DNA from: an uncultured Gammaproteobacteria bacterium
GTDB lineage: Bacteria; Patescibacteriota; Microgenomatia; UBA10105; UBA927
Direction: 5' to 3'
DNA: 64,000 bases
Assembly: GCA_964639945.1 (NCBI GenBank)
Contig: CAZXHY010000001.1
Coordinates: 9,527-73,526, forward strand
Below the pieces are notes generated by a model. The model was not told where the DNA came from and searched no databases. It was given only the letters and a program-made list of their open reading frames with translations. A program made the translations under genes and the position numbers. Below, piece after piece: positions 31,342-40,451 of this stretch; positions within the stretch are counted from its first letter, which is position 1, and the number at the start of each line of letters is the position of its first letter.

Positions 31342-32997
31342 ATGCCGAAGTACATCTTCGTTTCTGGTGGAGTTTTGTCAGGTTTAGGAAAAGGCGTCAC
31401 AGCAGCCTCGATCGGTTATCTCCTCCAAGCCCGCGGATATAAAGTTACCCCCGTAAAATGTGAAAATTATCTCAATATTGATTCAGGTCTTATAAACCCA
31501 ATTGAACACGGGGATCCATATTTGTGCGATGACGGTACCGAAGCAGATATGGACATGGGTACATACGAAAAGATTTTGGGCAAAAATGTACATCGCCATA
31601 ATTTCATCACCATGGGGCAGATCTATTCGGAAGTTATCCGTCGTGAGCGAAATTTTGAATATAACGGAGAAGATGTCGAAGCAATCCCTCATGTAACCGA
31701 CGAGATCATCCGACGCATTGATGAGGCGGCGCAAAAAGATAAAGCAGACATTGTAGTAGTGGAACTGGGTGGAACAGCCGGTGAATATCAAAATATTCTC
31801 TATTATGAAGCCTCTCGCGTGCTCAAAATTAGTCGTAATGCACAGGTTGTCCATGTGCACGTAAGTTATCTACCTACCCCAGAGCATTTGGGTGAGCCAA
31901 AGACCAAACCGACACAGTTATCCGTGAAGTTTTTGCAATCTATGGGAATACAGCCAGATTACATCGTATGTCGTGGTATGAAACCTATAGATAAGCGTAG
32001 ACGCGAGCGATTGGCCATGTTTTGTAATGTGCATGGGGATCACGTGATAAATAATCCCGATGAATCGACTCCGTATGCCGTACCTGTAACGTTCGAAGAG
32101 CAAGGATTTGCACAAAAATTACTTGCCAGTCTTGGACTTCCAGATCACCCAGCAGATTTATCCGAATGGAAAAACTTTTTGTCAGGGGTTGTTGAAAGCA
32201 AAAAAAAGACTGTCGAGATCGCTATCGTGGGTAAATACTTTGCTACAGGTGACTATGAGTTGAGAGATTCGTATGCAGCGCTTATGGACGCTCTGGATCA
32301 TGCAGGCTGGAGTCAAGGGGTGCAGATCAAAACCAGATGGGTGAATTCGGAAAAAATTGAAAAAGGTGAATCTGTAGAAAAGTTGCTCAAAGGGACAGCG
32401 GGGGTAATTGTACCCATCGGTTGGGGAGCACGAGGAGTGGAAGGCATGATCACTGCTATACAATATGCACGCGAAAATAAGGTTCCATATCTCGGCCTTT
32501 GCTATGGTATGCAATTGGCTGTCGTGGAGTTTGCCAGACACGTAGGGGGAATAGCCGATGCTAACAGTGTGGAGGTAAATCCGGAATCCAAAAATCATGT
32601 CATCCACCTCATCCCTTCGCAGAAAGATCAAATGGAACGACGTGCGTATGGAGGTACCATGAGGCTTGGGAGATGGGAATGTTTGGTCACCCCAAATACC
32701 CTCGCAGATGAAAGTTATATTAAACATAATGGGTACGATGACCCAAAGAAGCACATGGTTGGAGAGCGTCACCGTCATCGCTACGAATTTAACGATGAAT
32801 ACGCCAAACAGCTAGAGGACAAAGGGTTGGTTATTTCGGGACGATCTGCTGTGGAGAATTTAGCAGAAATTGTAGAGCTTCCAAAGAGTGCCCACCCGTT
32901 CTTTTTAGGCACGCAATTTCACCCTGAATACCGTTCTACCCCCCTTCATCCACACCCGTTGTTCGTAGAATATGTTGCAGCTTGTCTGCGAGGCTAA
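31342..32997 (+). CDS. pyrG: CTP synthase
   Basis: '[17 protein letters not shown]' N-terminus. C-terminal GATase domain carries the catalytic 'GLCYGMQ'. Confidence 0.95.
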   Translation: MPKYIFVSGGVLSGLGKGVTAASIGYLLQARGYKVTPVKCENYLNIDSGLINPIEHGDPYLCDDGTEADMDMGTYEKILGKNVHRHNFITMGQIYSEVIRRERNFEYNGEDVEAIPHVTDEIIRRIDEAAQKDKADIVVVELGGTAGEYQNILYYEASRVLKISRNAQVVHVHVSYLPTPEHLGEPKTKPTQLSVKFLQSMGIQPDYIVCRGMKPIDKRRRERLAMFCNVHGDHVINNPDESTPYAVPVTFEEQGFAQKLLASLGLPDHPADLSEWKNFLSGVVESKKKTVEIAIVGKYFATGDYELRDSYAALMDALDHAGWSQGVQIKTRWVNSEKIEKGESVEKLLKGTAGVIVPIGWGARGVEGMITAIQYARENKVPYLGLCYGMQLAVVEFARHVGGIADANSVEVNPESKNHVIHLIPSQKDQMERRAYGGTMRLGRWECLVTPNTLADESYIKHNGYDDPKKHMVGERHRHRYEFNDEYAKQLEDKGLVISGRSAVENLAEIVELPKSAHPFFLGTQFHPEYRSTPLHPHPLFVEYVAACLRG

Positions 32998-33023
32998 ACG
33001 ATGGTAAAATAGACCTCTTACCT

Positions 33024-33431
33024 ATGGCAAACTCAATTGTCTGGACCGGAAAAGACGGAGAAAATGAAACAAAAGTCGAACTTCATGTCGGCGATACGGT
33101 CCGCGTACACTACAAACTTATCGAAAAAGAAAAAGTCTCAGGCAAAGCCAAGCGTGAGGTAAAAGAAGAGACACATGAGCGCATTCAGGTCTTTGAAGGA
33201 ATAATCATCGCAATCAAAGGGGTAGCAGAAAACACCATGTTTACGGTGCGAAAGATTGGAGCAGGTGCCGTAGGAATCGAAAGAATTTTCCCACTTATCT
33301 CACCATGGATTCGAAAAATGGAAGTAAAACGACGAGGTGTGGCAAGACGCGCAAAGTTGTATTACCTCCGAGCAAAAATTGGAAAAGGTGCCACACGTGT
33401 CACCGAATATAAAGAGCAGCCAGCTAAGTAA
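33024..33431 (+). CDS. rplS: 50S ribosomal protein L19
   Basis: '[14 protein letters not shown]...[45 protein letters not shown]' aligns along its length with the E. coli L19 sequence. Start placed at the internal ATG after the pyrG stop. Confidence 0.85.
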   Translation: MANSIVWTGKDGENETKVELHVGDTVRVHYKLIEKEKVSGKAKREVKEETHERIQVFEGIIIAIKGVAENTMFTVRKIGAGAVGIERIFPLISPWIRKMEVKRRGVARRAKLYYLRAKIGKGATRVTEYKEQPAK

Positions 33432-33446
33432 TTTATTGCCTACCTC

Positions 33447-33956
33447 ATGAACTTCGAAGTTGCGAAATCTCGATATCCTATTGTGTCATCGCACTTCGGT
33501 GCATATATAAATCGTGCTATGCTTCCGATTTTAGATATAAATAAACTTGATGCATTGTGTGTTGTAGGGACTGATCGCAAAAGTTTGAAAACTACGACTA
33601 CAGGTGTCATGAGTTTGATATTACGGTATAAACAAAAAGAAGGCGCTGTCTCAAGTTTTGATAATGTAAAGGATGATTTAGTTTTGCTACAGCTTCAAGG
33701 TGCACGCTCTAGTGTTTCTTTCCGTGTTTCTCGAGGGTTTTATTGGACTGATTTTATGGCTGATGAAGCCATTGCCATCGCGTCGCATCGAGATAGCGGA
33801 ATTCGTCGCTTGGCTATGCCAAAAATCGAAAGCATTGAGGGAATCGACCATGGTCAGTCCGAACAATTGATAAATAGATATAGAGATTTTGCTACACGAG
33901 CACAGTTACGTTGGTCACGTACAGATGACGCATATGTTCGTGATGTCCGCAGATAG
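33447..33956 (+). CDS. Hypothetical protein (169 aa)
   Basis: No recognised motif. Convergent with Cys-rich paralog A. Confidence 0.45.
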   Translation: MNFEVAKSRYPIVSSHFGAYINRAMLPILDINKLDALCVVGTDRKSLKTTTTGVMSLILRYKQKEGAVSSFDNVKDDLVLLQLQGARSSVSFRVSRGFYWTDFMADEAIAIASHRDSGIRRLAMPKIESIEGIDHGQSEQLINRYRDFATRAQLRWSRTDDAYVRDVRR

Positions 33957-33989
33957 TTCATGTGTGATATGTGAAGTTTGGTCGTGTAT

Positions 33990-34385
33990 TTATCTTCGTA
34001 GCCTCTGACCAGTTGGATAAAAAGTCCCATGTTCTTGATCCCGTGAATATACTTTTCCTGTTTTGGTAATGCCACGTAACTGCAAGATATGTGTTGGTTT
34101 ATCTTTTGATCCAAATATAGCTAACTGAAGCGACACAGAAGGAGCCCCCCAAGGCTTCAGTCTTGCACGTACGTAGATAAACGTGTTTTTTTGAAGTGCC
34201 GTCTCCGCTGCTTCTTCACCATCTCGTTCGCACATAAAATGGCGACAAAAGTAATCAGACGGATACGTAGATGAGTGAGGGATTGGTTTTATGGCACCGT
34301 GCTCATTTACTATTTCAGGTTGTAGTGCTTCTGGACAGAGCTTGCGTATGCGGCACTTGCCGCATAGTTTTGATTCTTTATTCAT
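33990..34385 (-). CDS. Cys/His-rich small protein, paralog A of an unrecognised family
   Basis: 131 aa. Homologous to 52703..53092 by self-comparison: shared C-x2/3-C-R-I-R-x2-C...L-x-PE-x2-N...FCRHxxC...G-x2-YS-x3-G-x-F-x-TGQ. Confidence 0.6.
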   Translation of the reverse strand: MNKESKLCGKCRIRKLCPEALQPEIVNEHGAIKPIPHSSTYPSDYFCRHFMCERDGEEAAETALQKNTFIYVRARLKPWGAPSVSLQLAIFGSKDKPTHILQLRGITKTGKVYSRDQEHGTFYPTGQRLRR

Positions 34386-34411
34386 TTGGATTTGCTCAAT
34401 ACGGTGCAGGG

Positions 34412-36076
34412 TTATTGAGGTTTCTGAGTTGTGAGTATTTTATACGCACTTGTGCCATCGTGTCTATTTATCGCGTCGAGGCCTATGAGTCCATCTCTTC
34501 CGCCACACGTAGCATTGTCTATGACTAGCAATTTTTTATTTAATGCCTCTTGAGGAATCATGGATGATGCGCAGTTGTGGTCCACAAATGTGACATTATC
34601 GACTGTTTTTATAGAAAATCCTGCCTCAAATTGCTCGGTGAGTTTAGTGTCAAAATTGTCTGCATAAAAAAGATAGTAGAGTGGTATGCGATCAAATTTG
34701 GTTAGATACACGTGGTCGTATTCGGTGCGATGCATAATTACATATTTAACCACTTCTGGATCCCCATCGTTTCGCAATGTGGACTGGAATGAAGTGGCAA
34801 TTTCTGCGTATTGATGCCAGAAATAAATCGTTTCTACAGCCATAAGAGCAAGCAAAGCATACACAAATAATTTTTTATATCGGTTCGTATCCCAAAGCAC
34901 ATGAAACCCACCGCTCGCTAGGAGAATGATCGGCAAGATCATAAATATAGATCTGTGTGCATGCGGAACAAAATCCGTGGTGATAGCAGAGGAAAGTGGA
35001 GAGACGGCGAGTATAAAAAGCGTGTATATGATAAATCGGGAAAGTAGCCGCGTTTGAGTGAGTAGTAAAACTGCAGCGATAAAAGGAATGACTGCCAAAA
35101 AGAATAGCCCTTGATCGGGGACATTATAGTATCGGAATTGTCCACCAGATTCAAAGAATAAGTATTTTGGAGAAAAATAACTCAGGTATTGGCTTACAAA
35201 TTCTCTACTATAGAGCACATATTTGTTATGAAATACACGAGCCTTTGTCACTTGATTGGCTCCTAACATGTTGCTGAGCGACTCGCTTCTACTTTTTATC
35301 GTTTGACGCATGATGGGATCACCAAGTAGGGATGTCTGTTTAAATCTCGCTTGCCCCCACGTGGTACTACTTATGTATGCAGTGAGCACAAAAGAGCCGA
35401 CTATACCGTAGATCAGTGCTTTTTTTACCAGTGGCTTTACAGCGGTAAAGATAAATGGCAAGGGAAGCAAAGTGAGAGGGGTAAGCACACGAAGTCCGGG
35501 GTAGAGAAAATAGGTCAAGAAAAATAATCCAAAACTTTTGTATATGTGTTTCGTATCCCCGTTTTGTATTCCTTGAAGTATCCAGAGAATGGCGTATGCA
35601 TAGACAGTGAGACCCACGACGCCTTCTGCGGTGGTTCGAGATAGCACGATATGCCATGGGGTAATGGCACACAGGAGTGCGGCAAAAAGCGCAGTAGCGC
35701 GTTTTTGAAAAAATAGGAAAGTGAGCTGGTAGACGGGAAACACAAGGAGCGCGCCTATGAGTGCTAAGGGGAATCTCCCTGCAAACTCTGAGGTGCCCAA
35801 AATAAGCGCTCCCAGACCCGAAAGGTATAGCGGGAGAACTGGTGGATAGTCTCCAAATTTATCGAAGTATACGAGTGGTACCCAATGATTGAATATGTCT
35901 TTGCCATGCATGAGGATAAATTTGCCTACATATGTATTTGTCATTTCCTCTACATAAAACGACGCAGGAACAATGCCTAGTTTATAGACGCGGAAAAATA
36001 GCGCTACCACAAAAATAAGAAGTAGTAGTATGTTGCGTGGTTGGACTACAGAATTTATGCGTGATGCTTTTGGCAT
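34412..36076 (-). CDS. GT-C family glycosyltransferase, GT39/ArnT/PMT-like
   Basis: 555 aa polytopic protein. N-terminal region (LLIFVVALFFRVYKLGIVPASFYVEE...FDKFGDYPPVLP) resembles PMT/ArnT family enzymes. Start trimmed to ATG 36076 (MPKASRI...) to avoid overlapping the divergent YraN gene. Confidence 0.65.
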   Translation of the reverse strand: MPKASRINSVVQPRNILLLLIFVVALFFRVYKLGIVPASFYVEEMTNTYVGKFILMHGKDIFNHWVPLVYFDKFGDYPPVLPLYLSGLGALILGTSEFAGRFPLALIGALLVFPVYQLTFLFFQKRATALFAALLCAITPWHIVLSRTTAEGVVGLTVYAYAILWILQGIQNGDTKHIYKSFGLFFLTYFLYPGLRVLTPLTLLPLPFIFTAVKPLVKKALIYGIVGSFVLTAYISSTTWGQARFKQTSLLGDPIMRQTIKSRSESLSNMLGANQVTKARVFHNKYVLYSREFVSQYLSYFSPKYLFFESGGQFRYYNVPDQGLFFLAVIPFIAAVLLLTQTRLLSRFIIYTLFILAVSPLSSAITTDFVPHAHRSIFMILPIILLASGGFHVLWDTNRYKKLFVYALLALMAVETIYFWHQYAEIATSFQSTLRNDGDPEVVKYVIMHRTEYDHVYLTKFDRIPLYYLFYADNFDTKLTEQFEAGFSIKTVDNVTFVDHNCASSMIPQEALNKKLLVIDNATCGGRDGLIGLDAINRHDGTSAYKILTTQKPQ

Positions 36077-36144
36077 ATATGCTACATAATGTACTATAAA
36101 AGTGTATGAAGAGCGAGATAGGAGATGCGTCTTCAGCGCATAAG

Positions 36145-36498
36145 ATGCACATAGGAAAAATAGGCGAAGATGTGGCAGAGAAGTATCTTCGAAAAAAAGG
36201 TTGGAAAATTCTTCAGAGAAATTATAAAGCACGATACGGAGAAATAGATATAGTGGCACAGGATGACGAAACACTTGTGTTTGTCGAGGTGAAGACCCGA
36301 ATGGGTACTTCGTTTGGTACTCCAGAGGAGTCAGTTACTACGAGAAAATTACGAGAGGTCGTAGAGACAGCTCAATACTACAAAACGCTTCATCCTATGC
36401 TACCTGAGGCTATGCGGGTAGATGTGATCGGGATAGTGTTGGATGTGTCACATAATTCAGTAATTTCATTGAATCATGTAATAAGTGTAACCTCTTGA
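36145..36498 (+). CDS. yraN: YraN family (UPF0102) endonuclease-like protein
   Basis: 'GEDVAEKYLRKKGWKILQRNYKARYGEIDIVAQDDETLVFVEVKTR' matches the YraN signature. Confidence 0.75.
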   Translation: MHIGKIGEDVAEKYLRKKGWKILQRNYKARYGEIDIVAQDDETLVFVEVKTRMGTSFGTPEESVTTRKLREVVETAQYYKTLHPMLPEAMRVDVIGIVLDVSHNSVISLNHVISVTS

Positions 36499-36520
36499 TA
36501 AGTATGATATTATAGGCTTT

Positions 36521-37000
36521 ATGAGTGGTGAAGTAGTTATCGCCGGATTGTATATAAGCCCTGATGCGAGAGAGCCTATGATTTCAGTTTCGGAAGTCGA
36601 GGCTATTGCTGGCGTTGGCCTTCGGGGAGATCGATATTCATTGGATATTCGAAAGGGTGAATTTCAACAGCACGGTAAGGCAAAAACTCGCGTGCGGCAA
36701 GTAACTTTTTTTTCAATGGATGCGCTACGAAACACTGGTTTTGAAGGCATAGATACACGTCGCAATGTTGGAATTTCTGGACCATTTGAAGCGTACAAAT
36801 ATTTGGGGAGACGATTTCGAGTTGGTGAGGCAATTTTTGAGGGGGATTGGGAATGTGCACCATGTAAAGTACCATCAATTGTTTCTGGAAAGGTGGGATT
36901 TGAAAAATTACCTCCAGAAATCGGTGGTATACGCGCCAAAATATTGGAGGGTGATATACTTCGGATCGGTCAACCTCTCGTGTTAATACCAATCAAATAA
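36521..37000 (+). CDS. MOSC domain-containing protein
   Basis: 'GLRGDRYS...RQVTFFSMDAL' is MOSC-typical. A conserved Cys is present near the C-terminus. Confidence 0.65.
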   Translation: MSGEVVIAGLYISPDAREPMISVSEVEAIAGVGLRGDRYSLDIRKGEFQQHGKAKTRVRQVTFFSMDALRNTGFEGIDTRRNVGISGPFEAYKYLGRRFRVGEAIFEGDWECAPCKVPSIVSGKVGFEKLPPEIGGIRAKILEGDILRIGQPLVLIPIK

Positions 37001-37064
37001 TGAACGTTCTCTAGTTCAAGTCTCCATATTTTGCTATAATTAGCTTTAGGCTTGTCAAAAGTAA

Positions 37065-37080
37065 ATATAGGGTCGGTAGC
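37065..37080 (+). repeat. Near-copy of the tRNA-Lys 5' end (gggtcggtagc plus 4 upstream nt)
   Basis: 'atatagggtcggtagc' at 37065-37080 versus 'atattgggtcggtagc' at 37167-37182 (15/16 identical). The latter includes the first 11 nt of tRNA-Lys. Confidence 0.7.
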
Positions 37081-37171
37081 CGCTATCACGAGCAGTGCGA
37101 GTGAGAAGCACTCTCGGGGTGTCAATGTGGGGAAAACTCTGTTATAGAAAGTCTGCAGAAAATTTAATATT

Positions 37172-37243
37172 GGGTCGGTAGCTCAATGGTAGAGCAGTAG
37201 CCTTTTAAGCTATTGGTTCAGGGTTCGAGCCCCTGCCGACTCA
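37172..37243 (+). tRNA. tRNA-Lys (anticodon TTT)
   Basis: GGGTCGGTAGCTCAATGGTAGAGCAGTAGCCTTTTAAGCTATTGGTTCAGGGTTCGAGCCCCTGCCGACTCA. Anticodon loop is CTTTTAA. Confidence 0.85.
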
Positions 37244-37247
37244 CTAG

Positions 37248-37284
37248 ATAAAATATGCCACCTTGTGTGGCATATTTTATATAT
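37248..37284 (+). terminator. AT-rich hairpin just downstream of tRNA-Lys
   Basis: Perfect 14-bp inverted repeat ataaaatatgccac (cttgt) gtggcatattttat. Confidence 0.5.
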
Positions 37285-37338
37285 TGAATTTGAGGGGCGA
37301 GAAGCGACGGTATGAAGATACCTAGTCCTCTTGTAGGA

Positions 37339-37355
37339 AGCCCCTGCCGACTCAC
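37339..37355 (+). repeat. 17-nt direct repeat of the tRNA-Lys 3' end
   Basis: 'agcccctgccgactcac' at 37228-37244 (T-loop 3' part to discriminator plus 1) is repeated exactly at 37339-37355. Confidence 0.8.
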
Positions 37356-37376
37356 AAAGTTAGTTACTTTAAACAT

Positions 37377-37826
37377 CTATTGTTTAAACTTTATCTTAGA
37401 AGACACCGGAGTGAAGAAAGGTCTATGTTCCAGTGTGTATACAGCCTCTTTCCACACTGGAGTAGGTTTGACCGTTAAACGCTCATCTTCGATGTCTACA
37501 CCTTGACAATGAAGTCCCCATGCTAAATTTTTGGCATTTTCTTTTAACATATGCTCACCGGTATACCCGTCAAGTTTATTTAATGGTATTGTGACTCTTT
37601 CAGCGCCCGCTCTTAGGCATTTTTTGACGGCTCGAGCTACGCAAAGGCTGGCTATCGATCCCACTACGGTGACTGATGCACGAGGCATATGTGAAGGGAT
37701 GAGTGTGTCGACATCGTCATTTGTTCGACAGACAATTTGACCTCTACTTCTTAATTTATTCGCAAGAGGTAAGTGAACTGAAAACTCCCCCTCACCAACC
37801 ATAATTACTTTATGTTCTTGTTTCAT
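37377..37826 (-). CDS. Hypothetical protein (149 aa), alpha/beta-like, family not recognised
   Basis: ORF with protein-like composition. No SD at either candidate start. Located immediately downstream of the tRNA-Lys 3' repeat. Confidence 0.45.
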   Translation of the reverse strand: MKQEHKVIMVGEGEFSVHLPLANKLRSRGQIVCRTNDDVDTLIPSHMPRASVTVVGSIASLCVARAVKKCLRAGAERVTIPLNKLDGYTGEHMLKENAKNLAWGLHCQGVDIEDERLTVKPTPVWKEAVYTLEHRPFFTPVSSKIKFKQ

Positions 37827-37966
37827 AAAGATCGAGTTTCAAGGTAAGAGCATGAAAGCGATATTTTTTTTGTTTTGTTGAGCGAGAGTCTTTCATGGGG
37901 ATATCATATCATGCTTATAAATTGCCTCGCAGTATGTGGAGATTTTGGCAAAAAAATAAACACCCT

Positions 37967-38018
37967 CACTTATAATTCCTTTCGGAATAACCTGAAAACA
38001 GGCGGAGGGTGTGTGAAT
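37967..38018 (-). terminator. Rho-independent terminator of the 38831->38032 operon
   Basis: On the minus strand: CACCCTC...(nested ATTCC-GAAA-GGAAT)...GAGGGTG followed by TTTATTTTTTT. Confidence 0.6.
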
Positions 38019-38031
38019 TTCATTGAAGCAT

Positions 38032-38394
38032 TTATGGCCCGTTAATCACCTCGTATGAGAAGATATCGGGCTGCATGAGACGCCAGCCGAAAAAGTTGAT
38101 GTTTCGCCCGCGAGCGACAAATTGAATTTTCATGCCTTCGATCATGCGGTCCCATTGAGGTTTCCAAAAGACGCCGTAGATGGAGCCGTCTTCGAATTGC
38201 ACGATATACTTGGTTGAACAAGTGGTTTCGCCATCGCTGGTGGAGCATGAGGTCTCGGGCCATTTGCCAGAGATAGTGCCTGTGCCCTCAAATTTCACAG
38301 CATAGAACCAGAGATAGAATATCAATCCCAGCACTAGCAGAAAAACGTTCGCCCAGAATTTGGCGCTTTCATCGGAACTACTTGAGCTAGTCAT
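38032..38394 (-). CDS. Hypothetical membrane-anchored protein (120 aa)
   Basis: Start chosen at the internal ATG (MTSSSSSDESAKFWANVFLLVLGLIFYLWFY...), which overlaps the stop of the upstream gene in an ATGA-type junction. One TM helix plus a soluble domain. Confidence 0.5.
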   Translation of the reverse strand: MTSSSSSDESAKFWANVFLLVLGLIFYLWFYAVKFEGTGTISGKWPETSCSTSDGETTCSTKYIVQFEDGSIYGVFWKPQWDRMIEGMKIQFVARGRNINFFGWRLMQPDIFSYEVINGP

Positions 38395-38396
38395 GG

Positions 38397-38831
38397 CTAC
38401 TTCCCTCGCTTCTTGTTCGGTATAGAACGCCACGCGACTGCGTATCCTGCCGCGGAAGTTGCAAATCCGTAGGCGAAAAATACGATTTTCGGATTGACCA
38501 GCGCGTACAAAGTGGGTGAGAATGGGACGAGAGCCGACCCGATAATACCCACTATGATGCCCGCGGCAATGGATAATGCGAATCCATAGATGAAATGGTA
38601 ACGCCATGGGATTTCCACAGCATACTCATCGCTATCATCCAGCCAGTCAATGAGCTTGGCGACATCATGGGAAAAATTTCCCGCCGAAAATCCGATGGCA
38701 AGAAATGCCACGATTTTCCCAATCGACGGAATGAACGTAATTGCCATCAAAATTCCAATGGCGAACAACACGGTGTTGATTAACTGGTTGTTGTTCATAT
38801 TTCTGAGACGTTGTAACAAAAGCTTTTTCAT
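38397..38831 (-). CDS. Integral membrane protein (144 aa, four TM helices)
   Basis: Hydrophobic segments throughout. First gene of a two-gene operon. Confidence 0.55.
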   Translation of the reverse strand: MKKLLLQRLRNMNNNQLINTVLFAIGILMAITFIPSIGKIVAFLAIGFSAGNFSHDVAKLIDWLDDSDEYAVEIPWRYHFIYGFALSIAAGIIVGIIGSALVPFSPTLYALVNPKIVFFAYGFATSAAGYAVAWRSIPNKKRGK

Positions 38832-39179
38832 AATCCTTTTACTCCTTACGTTGGTGAGATATGGTCTCTAAACTAAGCAGGCCCACAAAACGAGTAGATT
38901 GTGCTCGGCTTGTGCGCCTGCTCAGCGCGTAGGAGTGAGGATAAATGCTTCAAATGTAAATGTGCGAAATTGTACGTAAATTACAAAAAAAAGCGCAGCA
39001 ATGAGCGCTATCTGGTAACTTATGTAGGCTCAAAATATACCACAAAATGAGTGCTAAGTCAATGTTATAGGCTATAATTTTGAGGCTAAAAATGACGTTT
39101 AAGTAGCTTCTTGTTGCCTCAGGTAATCACGAGCGTGTATAGTATGAAAAAGCGCGTCTTCTGCCCATCTAGATGACGT

Positions 39180-39701
39180 ATGAGGCAAAGTAAAGAATTT
39201 TACCGTTCTATTCCACTCGACAGGGTGAATCAGCCCAATTCTACCGACCCTGTATTGTTTTATCCCAAAGAATTTAATGTATTTGATAACTTTACGGCGT
39301 ACCAAGTACTATACGATCACTACCTGTGGCCCACATCAGAGCACGCGTTTCAGGCTGCTGGGTTTAAAGGAATGTCAGAGGCTGTGGTCGAGCAGATAAA
39401 ACAGGCAAGGTCAGCGCATGATGCACAAAAGGTTATGCAGGCAAATAGCGCAAAACTGCGGCCCTATTGGGATGAAGAGCAGCGTGATACCATGAAGGAT
39501 ATTTTGCGCTGTAAGATAGAGCAGCATCCGTACGTACTCAAAAAGCTTTTGCAATCAGGAGATCGGGAGATCATCGAGGATTCATGGCGAGATACGGTGT
39601 GGGGATGGGGAGAGAACAAGGATGGTAAAAATCGATTGGGTGAGATCTGGATGGAGTTGCGTGAGGAGTATATAAAAAGGGAGGAGTTGCGTTTGTCTTA
39701 G
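39180..39701 (+). CDS. NADAR (YbiA/DUF1768) family protein
   Basis: 'FSNF..YQV.YDHYLWPTSEHAFQAAGFK' and 'RPYWDEEQRDTMKDILRCKIEQHP' match the NADAR/YbiA N-glycosidase fold signature. Confidence 0.75.
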   Translation: MRQSKEFYRSIPLDRVNQPNSTDPVLFYPKEFNVFDNFTAYQVLYDHYLWPTSEHAFQAAGFKGMSEAVVEQIKQARSAHDAQKVMQANSAKLRPYWDEEQRDTMKDILRCKIEQHPYVLKKLLQSGDREIIEDSWRDTVWGWGENKDGKNRLGEIWMELREEYIKREELRLS

Positions 39702-40117
39702 CGCACTGCCCGAAAATGTCTGGTGGATCGAGCAGCTTCCTCTGCAGCCTCAAGCGAAAGTATACGTACACGTCCTCCCAAATACGTTTGTCTTCCGCCC
39801 AAGGATTCGATTTGATACGCACCTATGTTTAATCCTCCCATTTTTCCAATGAGTTCTTCGTTTATTTGCCTATGGTCTTGGTAGTCGTACACACATATTT
39901 GTAGCGTATGTAAGTACGGTAACGTTGCCTGTAGAAAGCTCTCGCCAGCAACTTCCAAAAATCGTACAGAGATATTTTTGCGTATAACCCCTAGTCGTGC
40001 AGGGTATACACCGACATCATTCACTCGTTTGAGGTTTGATGTATCTGGCCCCACGAATAATGCGCCAAATATATTTTTTCCAAGTATTTCTCGTTCTACT
40101 CGTATGATTCCTGCCAT
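39698..40117 (-). CDS. Hypothetical protein (139 aa)
   Basis: Protein-like ORF. 4-nt convergent overlap with the NADAR gene. No family recognised. Confidence 0.45.
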   Translation of the reverse strand: MAGIIRVEREILGKNIFGALFVGPDTSNLKRVNDVGVYPARLGVIRKNISVRFLEVAGESFLQATLPYLHTLQICVYDYQDHRQINEELIGKMGGLNIGAYQIESLGGRQTYLGGRVRILSLEAAEEAARSTRHFRAVR

Positions 40118-40451
40118 AGTTCGGGATTATCTCATAGTATACAGAAGATTTCTATATTGACCGCACCGTCTTGCAGTTGGTATATATGATCCATATGAAT
40201 TTAGTCGGCGGATCGTATAGAAAATGCATTGGAAAAGATTGTGCAGTGCTGCCCACTATAGTGTTTGACATCAAAGGCGAGACACGTCAAAGTCGATACA
40301 CCATCATGATTCTTTCCTGTAGCCAGCATGAAACAGAAGCGCAGACGCTGCGAACAGAAAAATACGCCTCGTTTCCATATCAACGGTTAGAAAATCCTAA
40401 ATGGTTAAAAGGGGCGCAAGAGTCAGAGTTGGCACGAAAAAAAGAAACGCT

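Noticed and set aside
36077-36274. N-terminal 66-aa extension of the GT39-like ORF
   Set aside because: Would overlap the divergent yraN gene. The internal ATG at 36076 gives a typical GT39 N-terminus.
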